From positions 824,235 through 888,234 of the forward strand of contig JBBCGO010000001.1 in the NCBI GenBank assembly GCA_037200925.1: a stretch of DNA of 64,000 nucleotides. The letters are read 5' to 3'. The notes below the pieces were generated by a model. It did no database searches. It was not told where the DNA came from and saw only the letters and a program-made list of their open reading frames with translations. Made by a program: the position numbers and the translations under genes. Source of the DNA: Candidatus Doudnabacteria bacterium. GTDB lineage: Bacteria > Patescibacteriota > Doudnabacteria > UBA920 > O2-02-FULL-48-8. Positions 19,822 through 29,779 of this stretch are shown piece after piece. Each line of letters starts with the position of its first letter. Position 1 is the first letter of the stretch.

Positions 19822-22353
19822 ATGAACTTCGTTAAAAAAATATTTTTTGTTCTTGCGATCATTTCTTTTTTTGTAATGCCCAAGGCCATTTCACTGGCTC
19901 AGACGGCATCACCTCTGCTGCCGGCCGGCACGCTTGTCCAAGCAACGGGGGACATTACCGTCTACTATATAGAGAATAACGGGAAGCGGCCGATAGACTC
20001 GTTCGAGACTTTCCGGATGCAGGGATTTCATGCGCCGATCATTGCTGTTTCTCCCGCTGACTTAGCGCTTTATCCTACAGGAGATATCATCACCAAAGAT
20101 TCAACAATCGAAGTTCCCGGTCAATCACAGGTAGTGCCGGACCTGGTGCCATTTGCTCCGAGTGACCTTCAGCTGACACGCCGCAACGGCCGACTGCTGG
20201 TCCTTTTTACGACTTCGTTCTGGAACAGGGGGATGGGCCCTTTGGAACTTGACGCGACCTCATCCAAACCCGTGGCGGACAATACTTACGAAACCGCCCA
20301 GCATATTGTTTTGCCGGATGGATCGGTCCGCAACAAAGTAGTGGGTGATTTTTTCTGGGACGCGCCCCATAAGCATTTTCATTATAATGATTTTGCCTCT
20401 TACATCTTAGCGCCCATGGTCACGTCGCAGGGGCAGGCTCCGACCTTTGTGACGCCGCCCACGAGTACGGTTGTGCCGCCGCCGGCGATCTGGACGCCCG
20501 GGCTGACGCCGTCATTGCCCAAGGGAGCTGTGCTTGGGACGTCCACTGTAGCTCCGCAAGTTCTGAATAAATCCACTTTCTGCCTTTATGAAAATCAGCA
20601 TATCCTGCTGCCGACAGAAGGGGTCAGCAAACCCACGAAATCATACACGATCTGCGGAAGGTTCAAGCAGGGGGTTTCCGTAGGATGGGCGGATGTCTAT
20701 CCGTATTTGCTGGTTGACCAGAATTTTGATGTTACCGATCTGCCGGCAGGAACTTATTCCATATCTTTCGTGGTTGACCCTCACCAGCATTTAATGGAAG
20801 GGTCTCGCGACAACAATATCGGCATGACCATCTTTGATCTGGATCCGGCAAACGGAACCATGAGCATTCTGGCTAGCGGCGCGCCTTTTGCTACGCCGCT
20901 TAATCATTATACGAACGGGATGCTGGTGCGAAGCGAGAGCGACCCGGCCATATTTGTAATGCAGAACAATAAAAAGCAACTGTTGTCAGGTCCGTCAACA
21001 GGTCAGGTCTTTATTTTGCCGCAGGGGGTTTTTGATGCCATCCCTTCCCTGAATCTGATCCAGGCAACGGGTTCGCCGACCATCTATATTCTGAACAATC
21101 AAGGTTTCCGGCGAGGGATCACAAGCATGAATGTTTTCAATTCCTACGGATTGAACCTTTCGGATGTAACTCAGATCAGCCAGGCCGATCTTGTCAATTA
21201 TCCCGAGTCCGACCTTATTGAAAAGCAGGGTGATAACACGGTGTACTCCATAAGCACACATCAATCCGTGGGCACAATCACATCCTTGCCCCAAGGCCTT
21301 GATCCGGCATCGGTTCATATCGTCAACCAAACGGATTTTGAATCGTACATGGTGGCTACGGCCGCCAGCGGCCTGTTCGTTCCGTGGGACATCGCTTTCA
21401 TGCCTAATGGAGATATGCTCGTGCCCGAGCGCTCAGGGGATGTACGCGAGATCGGCAAAAATCCGGGTATCATCACAGTTCCCGGCGTTTTCAGTACAGG
21501 TGAAGGGGGACTCATGGGTCTTACTCTGAGCCCGAAGTTTGCGTCGGACAATTTGATCTATCTTTATTTTACGTCCAACGATAATGGCCAGAAGAACCGG
21601 GTGGCCAGTTTTCAGCTGAACGGAAATCAGCTCAGCAACGAGAAAATTATCATAGATAATATCCCTTCCAGGATCTATCATGACGGCGGCAGGCTTGCCT
21701 TTGGCCCTGACGGCATGCTCTATATCACTACCGGTGATGCCACTTCTCCGAATTTAGCCCAGGATCTCAACTCCCTGGCCGGCAAGACGCTGCGCCTTAT
21801 GCCGGACGGACAGATCCCCGCGGATAATCCTTTCGGAACCGCGGTCTGGTCTTACGGCCACCGCAACAGCGAGGGGATAGCCTGGGACAATCTGGGTCGG
21901 ATGTGGGAAACGGAACACGGGCCGACGCAGGGAGAGCCGGCGGAAAGAGGCCTGTGCTGCCGCGACGAAATAAATCTTATAGAGAAAGGCAAAAATTACG
22001 GCTGGCCGACGATCCAGGGAGATGAAACTAAAGCCGGCATGGTCGCGCCTATGCTCACTTCAGGAGCAAGCACGACATGGGCGCCGGCAGGAATCGCCTT
22101 TGCGGACAAAAGTTTGTACTTTGCCGGGTTAAAAGGCTCCAGCCTGTATCAGATAAGATTTAATGCCGACGGAAGTTACAAAGACCTGACCGCGCATTTT
22201 ACCGGACAATTCGGGCGCCTGCGCGCAGTGGTCCTGGGGCCTGACGGTTCATTGTACCTGAGCACATCAAACAGGGACGGCCGCGGAACTCCTCAATCAG
22301 GAGACGACAAGATCATACGGGTGTATCCGGGATTTCTTCAGAGCACACAGTAA
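19822..22353 (+). CDS. Secreted lysyl-oxidase-like plus PQQ-dependent sugar dehydrogenase (GSDH) fusion
   Basis: HKHFHY copper motif, KSTFCL, QGVSVGWADVY; C-terminal HDGGRLAFGPDG, YGHRN, GKNYGWP, GRLR. Confidence 0.8.
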   Translation: MNFVKKIFFVLAIISFFVMPKAISLAQTASPLLPAGTLVQATGDITVYYIENNGKRPIDSFETFRMQGFHAPIIAVSPADLALYPTGDIITKDSTIEVPGQSQVVPDLVPFAPSDLQLTRRNGRLLVLFTTSFWNRGMGPLELDATSSKPVADNTYETAQHIVLPDGSVRNKVVGDFFWDAPHKHFHYNDFASYILAPMVTSQGQAPTFVTPPTSTVVPPPAIWTPGLTPSLPKGAVLGTSTVAPQVLNKSTFCLYENQHILLPTEGVSKPTKSYTICGRFKQGVSVGWADVYPYLLVDQNFDVTDLPAGTYSISFVVDPHQHLMEGSRDNNIGMTIFDLDPANGTMSILASGAPFATPLNHYTNGMLVRSESDPAIFVMQNNKKQLLSGPSTGQVFILPQGVFDAIPSLNLIQATGSPTIYILNNQGFRRGITSMNVFNSYGLNLSDVTQISQADLVNYPESDLIEKQGDNTVYSISTHQSVGTITSLPQGLDPASVHIVNQTDFESYMVATAASGLFVPWDIAFMPNGDMLVPERSGDVREIGKNPGIITVPGVFSTGEGGLMGLTLSPKFASDNLIYLYFTSNDNGQKNRVASFQLNGNQLSNEKIIIDNIPSRIYHDGGRLAFGPDGMLYITTGDATSPNLAQDLNSLAGKTLRLMPDGQIPADNPFGTAVWSYGHRNSEGIAWDNLGRMWETEHGPTQGEPAERGLCCRDEINLIEKGKNYGWPTIQGDETKAGMVAPMLTSGASTTWAPAGIAFADKSLYFAGLKGSSLYQIRFNADGSYKDLTAHFTGQFGRLRAVVLGPDGSLYLSTSNRDGRGTPQSGDDKIIRVYPGFLQSTQ

Positions 22354-22427
22354 GTTTTTGCAATATGCGAAAAAATTGCTAATATACGTAATAAGCAATT
22401 AATAGGGATAATCGAAAGGACGAAATT

Positions 22428-23273
22428 ATGAATACAACAAAATGGCTGGGAGTAGCCGCAGCCGTTGTGGTTGTGTGTTTATTGGCATTCTGGTTGACGC
22501 GGCCGAAAAATTCAACTCCGACCGATCAGACTCAAACATCACAACAGCCGGCCCAAACGCCAACCCCAACACCAACACCAACGCCGCCCAACGGGACCGT
22601 AAAATTAAGTTCCAAGACCGCTTTGGGTAATTTTCTTGTCGACTCAAACGGCATGACCTTATATTATTTTGCTAACGACAAAATTAATACAAGCAATTGC
22701 GCGGCCGGGCCGTGTTTGGATTTTTGGCCGATATATTCCCAGAGCAATATTGCGGCGCAGCCTCCGCTTTTGCAAACAGATTTCGCCCAAATTACCCGCA
22801 GTGACGGGGTTAAACAAACAACGTATAAGGGCTGGCCTGTATACTATTTCATAAAAGACAAACAGCCGGGCGACACGCTCGGCATAGGCGTGATGAATAC
22901 CTGGTATTTGTTTCCTGATCCTTTTTACACTGTCATGGTGGAAAATCAGGACAGCGTCGGCGGCAATTATTTGATCGATCCCAAGGGCATGACTCTTTAT
23001 TCCTTTGCCAATGACAAGCAAGGCTCAGCAACCACATCTCCCGTAAGCAACTGCACGGGGAAATGCGTAACCACCTGGCCGGTTTTTTCCACCAGCAGCG
23101 TCATCGCTCCGTCATTGCTGAAGAACTCAGACTTTTCAACTTTCAAACGTTCGGACGGCGCAAATCAGCTGGCGTATAAAGGATGGCCGCTCTATTATTA
23201 CTCTTCCGACACCAAATCCGGGGACGTAATGGGCCAGAACTTCAACAAACTCTGGTTCGTGGTCAAGCCTTAG
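22428..23273 (+). CDS. Secreted protein with repeated Yx(FWY)xxD (Lipoprotein_15-like) motifs
   Basis: Two copies of GMTLY.F.ND..C...C...WP and YKGWP.YY..D. Confidence 0.85.
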   Translation: MNTTKWLGVAAAVVVVCLLAFWLTRPKNSTPTDQTQTSQQPAQTPTPTPTPTPPNGTVKLSSKTALGNFLVDSNGMTLYYFANDKINTSNCAAGPCLDFWPIYSQSNIAAQPPLLQTDFAQITRSDGVKQTTYKGWPVYYFIKDKQPGDTLGIGVMNTWYLFPDPFYTVMVENQDSVGGNYLIDPKGMTLYSFANDKQGSATTSPVSNCTGKCVTTWPVFSTSSVIAPSLLKNSDFSTFKRSDGANQLAYKGWPLYYYSSDTKSGDVMGQNFNKLWFVVKP

Positions 23274-23326
23274 AGACCGGTAACAAAAAACCTGACATCA
23301 GTCAGGTTTTTTGTTATTCTAAGCCC

Positions 23327-24628
23327 ATGGCAGATGCAGAAATTATAATTGTTGGAGCGGGAGCCGCGGGGCTCATGGCAGCGCGAGAATTATCAAAGTC
23401 CGGAAGACGGGTTCTGATTCTTGAAGCAAGGGACAGAATAGGCGGCAGGATCTGGCCGCTTTCTGAAAAAGAATTCGGATATCCGGCCCAAGGCGGAGCG
23501 GAGTTTGTGCATGGACCCGCGAAGGTGACCAAATCCTTGCTTGCTGAGGCTGGACTTACTTATGTATCCATGTCGGAAGATGGTGAAATGTGGAATGTGC
23601 GGGACGGCAAATTTGCAAAGAACAGTTCTGATCCCACAGAAAATGCCGTGTTCACGGCGCACCATAATTTGATGATAGAAAAGCTAAAGGCATTAACGGA
23701 AGATATTTCAATTTCTGATTTCCTTCGGAAAAATTTTGCAGAAGAAAAATATACCGCTTTACGCGCGTACATATCCAGAATGGTGGAAGGATTTGACGCG
23801 GCCGACCCTGATCACATCAGCACGTTTTCGGTTCGGGATGAATGGCTAGGCGCGGAGGAATGGGAGCAGGGGAGAGTTAAGGAGAGTTACAAGGCTGTTA
23901 TAGATTTTTTGGAATTGGAATGTAAAAAGCACGGTGTCGCAATACTTTTCAATCAGGAAGTTGTTTCGGTTGAAATGGACACACCCGGCATCAGTGTTAA
24001 AGTTAAGGATAATCAAGATTATCATGCACAAAAAGTAGTAATTACCGTCCCGTTGCCTATAATAAGCAAGCTCCGGTTTCAACCGGAATTGCCTGAAAAA
24101 CTTGAGGCCGCATCAAATATCGGTTTTGGCCAAGTGATAAAGTTACTGCTTCGGTTCAAAGACCAATGGTGGGTCCGTCAAACAGACCAGGATCTGAGCA
24201 AAATGTCATTTTTATTTTCTGACCAGGAAATGGGCACTTGGTGGACGCAATATCCTGATCCGCAACCTGTGCTGACAGGCTGGATCGCAGGGCCAAGAGC
24301 GCTGAAGTTTAAAGATAAATCATCTGAAGAGATATTTGAACTGGCGCTGAATTCGCTTGCAAATATTTTTAAAACAGATAAACAAAAGCTTAGACAACAA
24401 GTGGTCGCATCAAAAGTGATAAACTGGCCCAAAGATCCTTTCGCTTTAGGCGCTTACAGTTATTCCACCATTGAATCCGCCAAAGCGTACGCCGAGTTGC
24501 GGGAGCCTGTGAAAAATACAATTTACTTTGCCGGCGAGGCTGTGTATGCTGAAGAAGATACTGCAACAGTGGAAGGAGCTTTGGCCAGCGGCCTGGAAGC
24601 TGCGCAAAAGATCTTGGCATTAAATTAA
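23327..24628 (+). CDS. Flavin monoamine oxidase family protein
   Basis: GAGAAG, LEARDRIGGR, GAEFVHG, FAGEA..TVEGALASG. Confidence 0.9.
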   Translation: MADAEIIIVGAGAAGLMAARELSKSGRRVLILEARDRIGGRIWPLSEKEFGYPAQGGAEFVHGPAKVTKSLLAEAGLTYVSMSEDGEMWNVRDGKFAKNSSDPTENAVFTAHHNLMIEKLKALTEDISISDFLRKNFAEEKYTALRAYISRMVEGFDAADPDHISTFSVRDEWLGAEEWEQGRVKESYKAVIDFLELECKKHGVAILFNQEVVSVEMDTPGISVKVKDNQDYHAQKVVITVPLPIISKLRFQPELPEKLEAASNIGFGQVIKLLLRFKDQWWVRQTDQDLSKMSFLFSDQEMGTWWTQYPDPQPVLTGWIAGPRALKFKDKSSEEIFELALNSLANIFKTDKQKLRQQVVASKVINWPKDPFALGAYSYSTIESAKAYAELREPVKNTIYFAGEAVYAEEDTATVEGALASGLEAAQKILALN

Positions 24629-24637
24629 GGAGAACCA

Positions 24638-25192
24638 ATGAGGAAGATAATTGTATTTAACATGGTCTCTGTTGACGGATACTTTGCCGGAGTTGACGGC
24701 AATATTGACTGGCATAATACGGATGCCGAATTCGGTAAATTTGCGGATGAGCAAACCGGTGAGTTTGGCGCTCTGATATTTGGGCGTGTCACTTATGATC
24801 TGATGGCCGGCTACTGGCCGAAGCAGGAGAGCGTCAAGGATGATCCGATAGTTGCGAATATTATGAATAGCTTGCCGAAGATCGTTTTTTCCAAATCTTT
24901 GGGTAAAGTTGAATGGAATAACTCCAAGCTTTATCATGATATTGATGCGGAAGAGGTGAAGAAGTGGAAACAAGAACCGGGCAAGGATATGGCCATATTC
25001 GGCAGCGGGACGATCGTTCAGGCTTTTGCCAAGCTCGGTTTGATAGACGAATATCGGCTCATGATAAATCCGATCATTTTGGGCAAAGGCAAACTGCTGT
25101 TCAAAGATGTTGACACTCTAAAATTGAAACTGATAAATACAAGAACGTTTGGTAACGGAAACATCCTGCTTGCTTACGAACCTGTAAAATAA
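24638..25192 (+). CDS. Dihydrofolate reductase/RibD C-terminal family protein
   Basis: SVDGYFAG, GRVTY, GSGTIV, LIDEYRL..P.ILGKG. Confidence 0.9.
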   Translation: MRKIIVFNMVSVDGYFAGVDGNIDWHNTDAEFGKFADEQTGEFGALIFGRVTYDLMAGYWPKQESVKDDPIVANIMNSLPKIVFSKSLGKVEWNNSKLYHDIDAEEVKKWKQEPGKDMAIFGSGTIVQAFAKLGLIDEYRLMINPIILGKGKLLFKDVDTLKLKLINTRTFGNGNILLAYEPVK

Positions 25193-25198
25193 TGGCAG

Positions 25199-25648
25199 TT
25201 AGCTGTTGTGTCTGAACCAGCCTAAAATGCCTGAAACTATCCGTTCAATTGCGCTTAAGGCCAGAAGCATTGAAATGACGAATGTGGGTGTTGGCCAAAA
25301 AATGTAAGCATAGACTATTGCCGCGGCGAGCCAAACTCCGGTGCACGAAGGGCAATAGATCAATAATCCGAAAGCCCTCAATGCTCCGGATCTTTTCGGT
25401 ATTTCCACCACTTTGCCGTTCTTTTCTGTTTCATCCACGAAAGGGGACCGCAGGGGTTTTGTGATCACTTCATTTGAAAGGATGTTCGCTGCTCTGTAAA
25501 CAGCCAGCCCCAATACCAAAAGTTTGAAAAAACCGATATTGCTTAAGGTTGAAAGTCTATTTCCGAAGTTGGCAATGAGAAAGATGTTCACCGCCACAAA
25601 TATCACCATATCCAGCGTCAGCCAGCCAAAAATTCGCTTGTTGTTCAT
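25199..25648 (-). CDS. DUF1360 family membrane protein
   Basis: LAVYR..E.IT.PLR.PF..LI.CP.C.GVW. Confidence 0.8.
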   Translation of the reverse strand: MNNKRIFGWLTLDMVIFVAVNIFLIANFGNRLSTLSNIGFFKLLVLGLAVYRAANILSNEVITKPLRSPFVDETEKNGKVVEIPKRSGALRAFGLLIYCPSCTGVWLAAAIVYAYIFWPTPTFVISMLLALSAIERIVSGILGWFRHNS

Positions 25649-25667
25649 GAGGATATTATAACATTTT

Positions 25668-26000
25668 TTAATGATCGGGTTGAGCTTTAGCGTATTTTTC
25701 GTAAAGCAATTCCATAGCAAAGTATAAGATTCTGCTTATGGTATAGATTAAGTAACTCGATAATCCTAAAATAAACCAAGAGAATAAAATTGGAAATCCA
25801 AACCTGATCTGCCCGCTTTGAAACAAAAGAAAGATCAAAGTGAACCAATAAATAAAACAAAAACTGCAATGCAAAACTTTCATTAGAACCCAAGGGAGGG
25901 AATGGATAGTTTTGCCGAGTGTTGGAAAATCCTTTTGCAGGTTTTTCCAAATCATCCCAACGCTGGCAATGAATAAGCTATTTAGCAAAAGTTGGTGCAT
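25668..26000 (-). CDS. Membrane protein with CxxC (DUF1360-like)
   Basis: LHCSFCFIYW and hydrophobic helices; tandem with the DUF1360 gene. Confidence 0.6.
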   Translation of the reverse strand: MHQLLLNSLFIASVGMIWKNLQKDFPTLGKTIHSLPWVLMKVLHCSFCFIYWFTLIFLLFQSGQIRFGFPILFSWFILGLSSYLIYTISRILYFAMELLYEKYAKAQPDH

Positions 26001-26050
26001 AATATTTAAAAAAGTGGCCCAAGATCACTTGATCTTAGGCCGAATGCAAA

Positions 26051-26446
26051 TCAGCAATCAGCCGATGCCAGTACGCCGTTCTGCAGATTGATCTGCTCTG
26101 TCGTGGTCATCTGCAGAGCTTCGCGCGACGGGCCGAGCACCGTGCTGCAGCAGTTGTACAACCCCATGGCAACGCCGAGCTTTTCTTCGCACACGCTGCG
26201 CGAGACATCACAGCCCACGAGACGGATCAACTGGCGGCCGAGAGGGGAGTCTGGCGGCGTTGTGGTCAGTTTGCGCTTGCTCGTCGCCAAGACTTCCGAG
26301 GCTTCCCGCTCCAGAAATGCAACACCCAGCGGCAGGTCGTGGCGGAAGGCGCTCCACAGCGCGGAGCGCAGAACGTCTTCGTGCGCGGTTTCCGGGTCGG
26401 TAAAGCCTTGTTCCAAAAGAACCGAACGGATTGAGGGATACGACAC
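26051..26446 (-). CDS. Cys-containing hypothetical protein
   Basis: GC-rich ORF; GTG at 26446 behind GGAGG (alternative ATG at 26458); own terminator. Confidence 0.6.
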   Translation of the reverse strand: MSYPSIRSVLLEQGFTDPETAHEDVLRSALWSAFRHDLPLGVAFLEREASEVLATSKRKLTTTPPDSPLGRQLIRLVGCDVSRSVCEEKLGVAMGLYNCCSTVLGPSREALQMTTTEQINLQNGVLASADC

Positions 26447-26459
26447 AGCTTCCTCCATT

Positions 26460-26541
26460 TCTAAATGCGACCAATTCGCATTTAGATAGAGTATACGAAG
26501 GCCTTTGATTACTGTCAAGTAAATGCAAATCATTCGCAATT
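26460..26541. promoter_or_regulatory. Two related palindromic operators (probable Fur/Zur boxes)
   Basis: TCTAAATGCGA-N5-TCGCATTTAGA (26460-26486) and AAATGCAA-N5-TCGCAATT (26521-26541) between divergent genes. Confidence 0.65.
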
Positions 26542-26575
26542 GTAAAAGGCTATAATTTAAGTTATAATCTGATTG

Positions 26576-26992
26576 ATGATAAACAAGGATTATAAGCAGG
26601 TTTTACGGGCAGTCAAGCTGAAAGCCACTCCGGGACGCATCGAATTGCTGGCTTTTTTGACCAATACCTTGCAGCCATATTCCATCAAGGAAATTGGCAA
26701 GGCTGTGGGATCAAAGACCCTGGATCAAGCCACGATTTACCGCAACCTCGAGCATTTTAGGGAAGCGGGACTTGTGCGGCATATTGATTTTGGTGATGGA
26801 GTCGGCCGGTTTGAATTGAAAACCCATAACCACCATCATCATATTATTTGCACCAGCTGTCGGAAGGTGGAGGATATTCACGTCGAACGCGATGTCGGGC
26901 CGATCGAGCAAAAAATCCGCCGAAAAAAACATTTCACCGTGCATAGCCATTCTTTGGAATTTTTCGGCTTGTGCAAAGCCTGTGCGAAATAA
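26576..26992 (+). CDS. Fur family regulator (Zur-like)
   Basis: ATIYRNL, HHHHIICTSC, GLCKAC; precedes a ZIP transporter. Confidence 0.9.
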   Translation: MINKDYKQVLRAVKLKATPGRIELLAFLTNTLQPYSIKEIGKAVGSKTLDQATIYRNLEHFREAGLVRHIDFGDGVGRFELKTHNHHHHIICTSCRKVEDIHVERDVGPIEQKIRRKKHFTVHSHSLEFFGLCKACAK

Positions 26993-27006
26993 TTAACATA
27001 AATCAA

Positions 27007-27732
27007 ATGGAAGCGATCCTACTTTCAATAGCAACTTTTTTCTCCACATTGTTCGGCGGCCTGTTTGCGGTCAGGTTCCGCGACAAATTGCATCTGATCA
27101 TGGGCTTTACGGCCGGCGTCCTGCTCGGCGTGGTCAGCTTTGATATTTTTCCGGAGATCATAGAGCTGATAAAAGATAACAACCTTAAGACCATTGATGT
27201 CATGGTGGCCTTGGTCATCGGTTTTCTGCTGTTCCATATTTTGGAAAAATTCATAGCCCTGCATCATTCGCATGAAGGATTTTATGCTGACCACAAACAC
27301 CCGCACGTCGGAGTTTTTTCCGCGTTAGCTTTGGCCGGACACAGTTTTATGGACGGGGTGGGGATTGGCCTTGGATTCCAGGTCAATCCGGCAGTGGGCC
27401 TGCTTGTGGCTATCGCGGTCATTTCGCATGATTTTACCGACGGCATGAATACGGTGACGCTGATGCTGAACAGCAATAATACAACGCGGAAATCCAAAAT
27501 GTTCCTGCTGCTTGATTCCGTAACCCCGGTGCTGGGGGCTTTGTCCACGCTCTTGTTCAGGTTTTCGCCGCATTTTCTGGCCTTATACCTCGGTTTCTTT
27601 GCGGGCTTCCTCCTCTACATCGGCGCTTCCGATATTTTGCCTGAGGCGCACAGCAAGAACAGCTCTGCCAAGCTGATATTTCTTACCGTACTGGGAGTCG
27701 TGTTCATCTTCATAGTCACGCGTTTTGTCTAG
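27007..27732 (+). CDS. ZIP family metal transporter
   Basis: HSFMDG, HDFTDG, His-rich loop, LPEAH. Confidence 0.9.
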   Translation: MEAILLSIATFFSTLFGGLFAVRFRDKLHLIMGFTAGVLLGVVSFDIFPEIIELIKDNNLKTIDVMVALVIGFLLFHILEKFIALHHSHEGFYADHKHPHVGVFSALALAGHSFMDGVGIGLGFQVNPAVGLLVAIAVISHDFTDGMNTVTLMLNSNNTTRKSKMFLLLDSVTPVLGALSTLLFRFSPHFLALYLGFFAGFLLYIGASDILPEAHSKNSSAKLIFLTVLGVVFIFIVTRFV

Positions 27733-27749
27733 TTTATTTATCTGATATA

Positions 27750-28892
27750 ATGGATAACATGCAGCATAAGAAGCTTGTTATCCTGTTAGCATTTCTGATC
27801 CTGGTACCGCGTCTGGCATTGGCCCAGGATAATAATTCAGAACCGATTGACGGCGTTCAAAACATTCCCGCAGATGCGTATTACAAAGCCCAGGTAACAC
27901 AGATCGTGAACCAGGAATATCTCGGATCCGGAGCGGACAAGCAGATCTTCCAGGACCTGAAAGTAAAAATTCTTTCAGGGGATGAAAAAAACAAGGAAGT
28001 TGAGATAGACAGGGTGGGAGGGGTCAATATCAACGGCGGCAAGGGATTCAAAGCGGGGGACAAGGTTGTAATTGATAAGACCACGGACAACGGCCAGACG
28101 GTTTATTATGTGGAAGACATCTACCGCATCCCTGCGCTGGTGTTTGCCACGATCATTTTTTTGTTGGTCGCAATATTCTTCAGCCGCTGGCGGGGAGTCG
28201 GTTCCATTCTGGGCCTCGTGATCACGATTGCGGTGATCATTAAATTCGTCACGCCGCAGATCATTGCCGGAAAGAATCCTATAGAGATAAGTCTCATCGG
28301 CGCATTCATTATCGCTTTCGTATCTTTGTATCTGGCTCACGGATTCAATAAGCGCACATCCATCGCCATTTTAAGCACATTCATAACCTTAAGCCTGTCC
28401 ATTGCTATGGCTTACGGATTTGTTCATTTTACCCGGCTTTTCGGCAACGGCAGCGAAGAGTCGGTATATCTGCAATTCGGACCGACAGGACACATAAATC
28501 TGCAAGGACTGCTCTTGGGCGGGATCATTCTGGGTGCCTTGGGCGTTTTGGACGATATCACCACAGCACAGTCGGCCACCGTGCATGAGCTGAAGAAAGC
28601 CAATCCTTCATCAACCTTCAAGCAGTTGTATACGGGCGCAGCTTCAGTCGGCCAGGAGCATATTTCTTCTTTAATTAACACTTTATTTTTGGCATATGCC
28701 GGTGTTGCCCTGCCGCTATTTTTGCTGTTCACGGTCAACGGCGGCACGCCGATCTGGATCACGCTGAACTCCGAATTCATCGCGGAGGAAATAGTCAGAA
28801 CTCTGGTCGGAAGCATCACTTTGATCGTGGCAGTGCCCATCACAACTTTATTGGCGGCTTACTTTTTCAGCCGCAGAAAGGAAGAAGCATGA
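27750..28892 (+). CDS. YibE/F family membrane protein
   Basis: GALGVLDDITTAQ, HISSLINTLFLAYAG, EEIVRTLVGS. Confidence 0.9.
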   Translation: MDNMQHKKLVILLAFLILVPRLALAQDNNSEPIDGVQNIPADAYYKAQVTQIVNQEYLGSGADKQIFQDLKVKILSGDEKNKEVEIDRVGGVNINGGKGFKAGDKVVIDKTTDNGQTVYYVEDIYRIPALVFATIIFLLVAIFFSRWRGVGSILGLVITIAVIIKFVTPQIIAGKNPIEISLIGAFIIAFVSLYLAHGFNKRTSIAILSTFITLSLSIAMAYGFVHFTRLFGNGSEESVYLQFGPTGHINLQGLLLGGIILGALGVLDDITTAQSATVHELKKANPSSTFKQLYTGAASVGQEHISSLINTLFLAYAGVALPLFLLFTVNGGTPIWITLNSEFIAEEIVRTLVGSITLIVAVPITTLLAAYFFSRRKEEA

Positions 28893-29779
28893 AAAAGACT
28901 TCTATAATTATTTTAATTGCCGCGGTTTTGGCCGTGGGATTTTATTTAGCATACAAGCACGATCGGAGTTCAAAAAATCATCCGGGTCCGGCAAACATGT
29001 CAGGGATGAATATGGCCGGCATGAACATGGGCGGGGATGTGAGCAAAAGATACACGGTCAGCTTTACGACAAACCCGGTAAACGTTCTGCCGAATCAAAA
29101 TGTTGAGCTGAAATTCAAAGTTTATGATGCTTCAAGCGGCAACGAGGTGACGGACTACAGCACGGTAATGACCAAATTGATACACCTCGTCATTGTGAAC
29201 AGCAACCTGGATTATTTTGACCATATCCATCCGGTCCAGAACGGGTCGCAGTTTAGTATCAGCACAAAATTCCCGAAGGCCGATACTTATCACCTTTATA
29301 TTAATTTTCAGCCGACAGGCGCAACTGAACAGCAGATCGGTTTTTCACTGCCGGTCGGCGGCGGGACTACCAGCCCGCGTTCAAATGTGCCGGTTGATAC
29401 AAGCTTGACCAAAACATTCGGCGATTATAAGGTGACTTTGAGCACAGCTGACGGCAGTGATTTCAATGCCAATGCCATGAACAACCTGGCCCAGATCATA
29501 AATTTTCATCTGGCTGATGCGGCGACCGGCCAGCCGATCACTGATCTTTCGCCGTACTTGGGCGCCTTCGGGCACCTGGTCATGGTCAATGAAGAGACTT
29601 ACAAATACGTGCATATTCATCCGATAGCCTCGGATAATACTGCGGCCGGGGGGCCTGACGTGAAATTTTTGCCTGCGATATTGTTTGATAAGATAGAACC
29701 AGGGATCTACCGGGTCTTCGGGCAGTTCAACCGCAATAACCAGGTCTTTGTCGCGGATTTTACCATTAAGCTCAATTAA
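28889..29779 (+). CDS. Secreted heavy-metal (Cu) binding protein
   Basis: Met-rich MSGMNMAGMNMGG; two HLV..HIHP repeats; YLGAFGHLV. Confidence 0.75.
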   Translation: MKKTSIIILIAAVLAVGFYLAYKHDRSSKNHPGPANMSGMNMAGMNMGGDVSKRYTVSFTTNPVNVLPNQNVELKFKVYDASSGNEVTDYSTVMTKLIHLVIVNSNLDYFDHIHPVQNGSQFSISTKFPKADTYHLYINFQPTGATEQQIGFSLPVGGGTTSPRSNVPVDTSLTKTFGDYKVTLSTADGSDFNANAMNNLAQIINFHLADAATGQPITDLSPYLGAFGHLVMVNEETYKYVHIHPIASDNTAAGGPDVKFLPAILFDKIEPGIYRVFGQFNRNNQVFVADFTIKLN

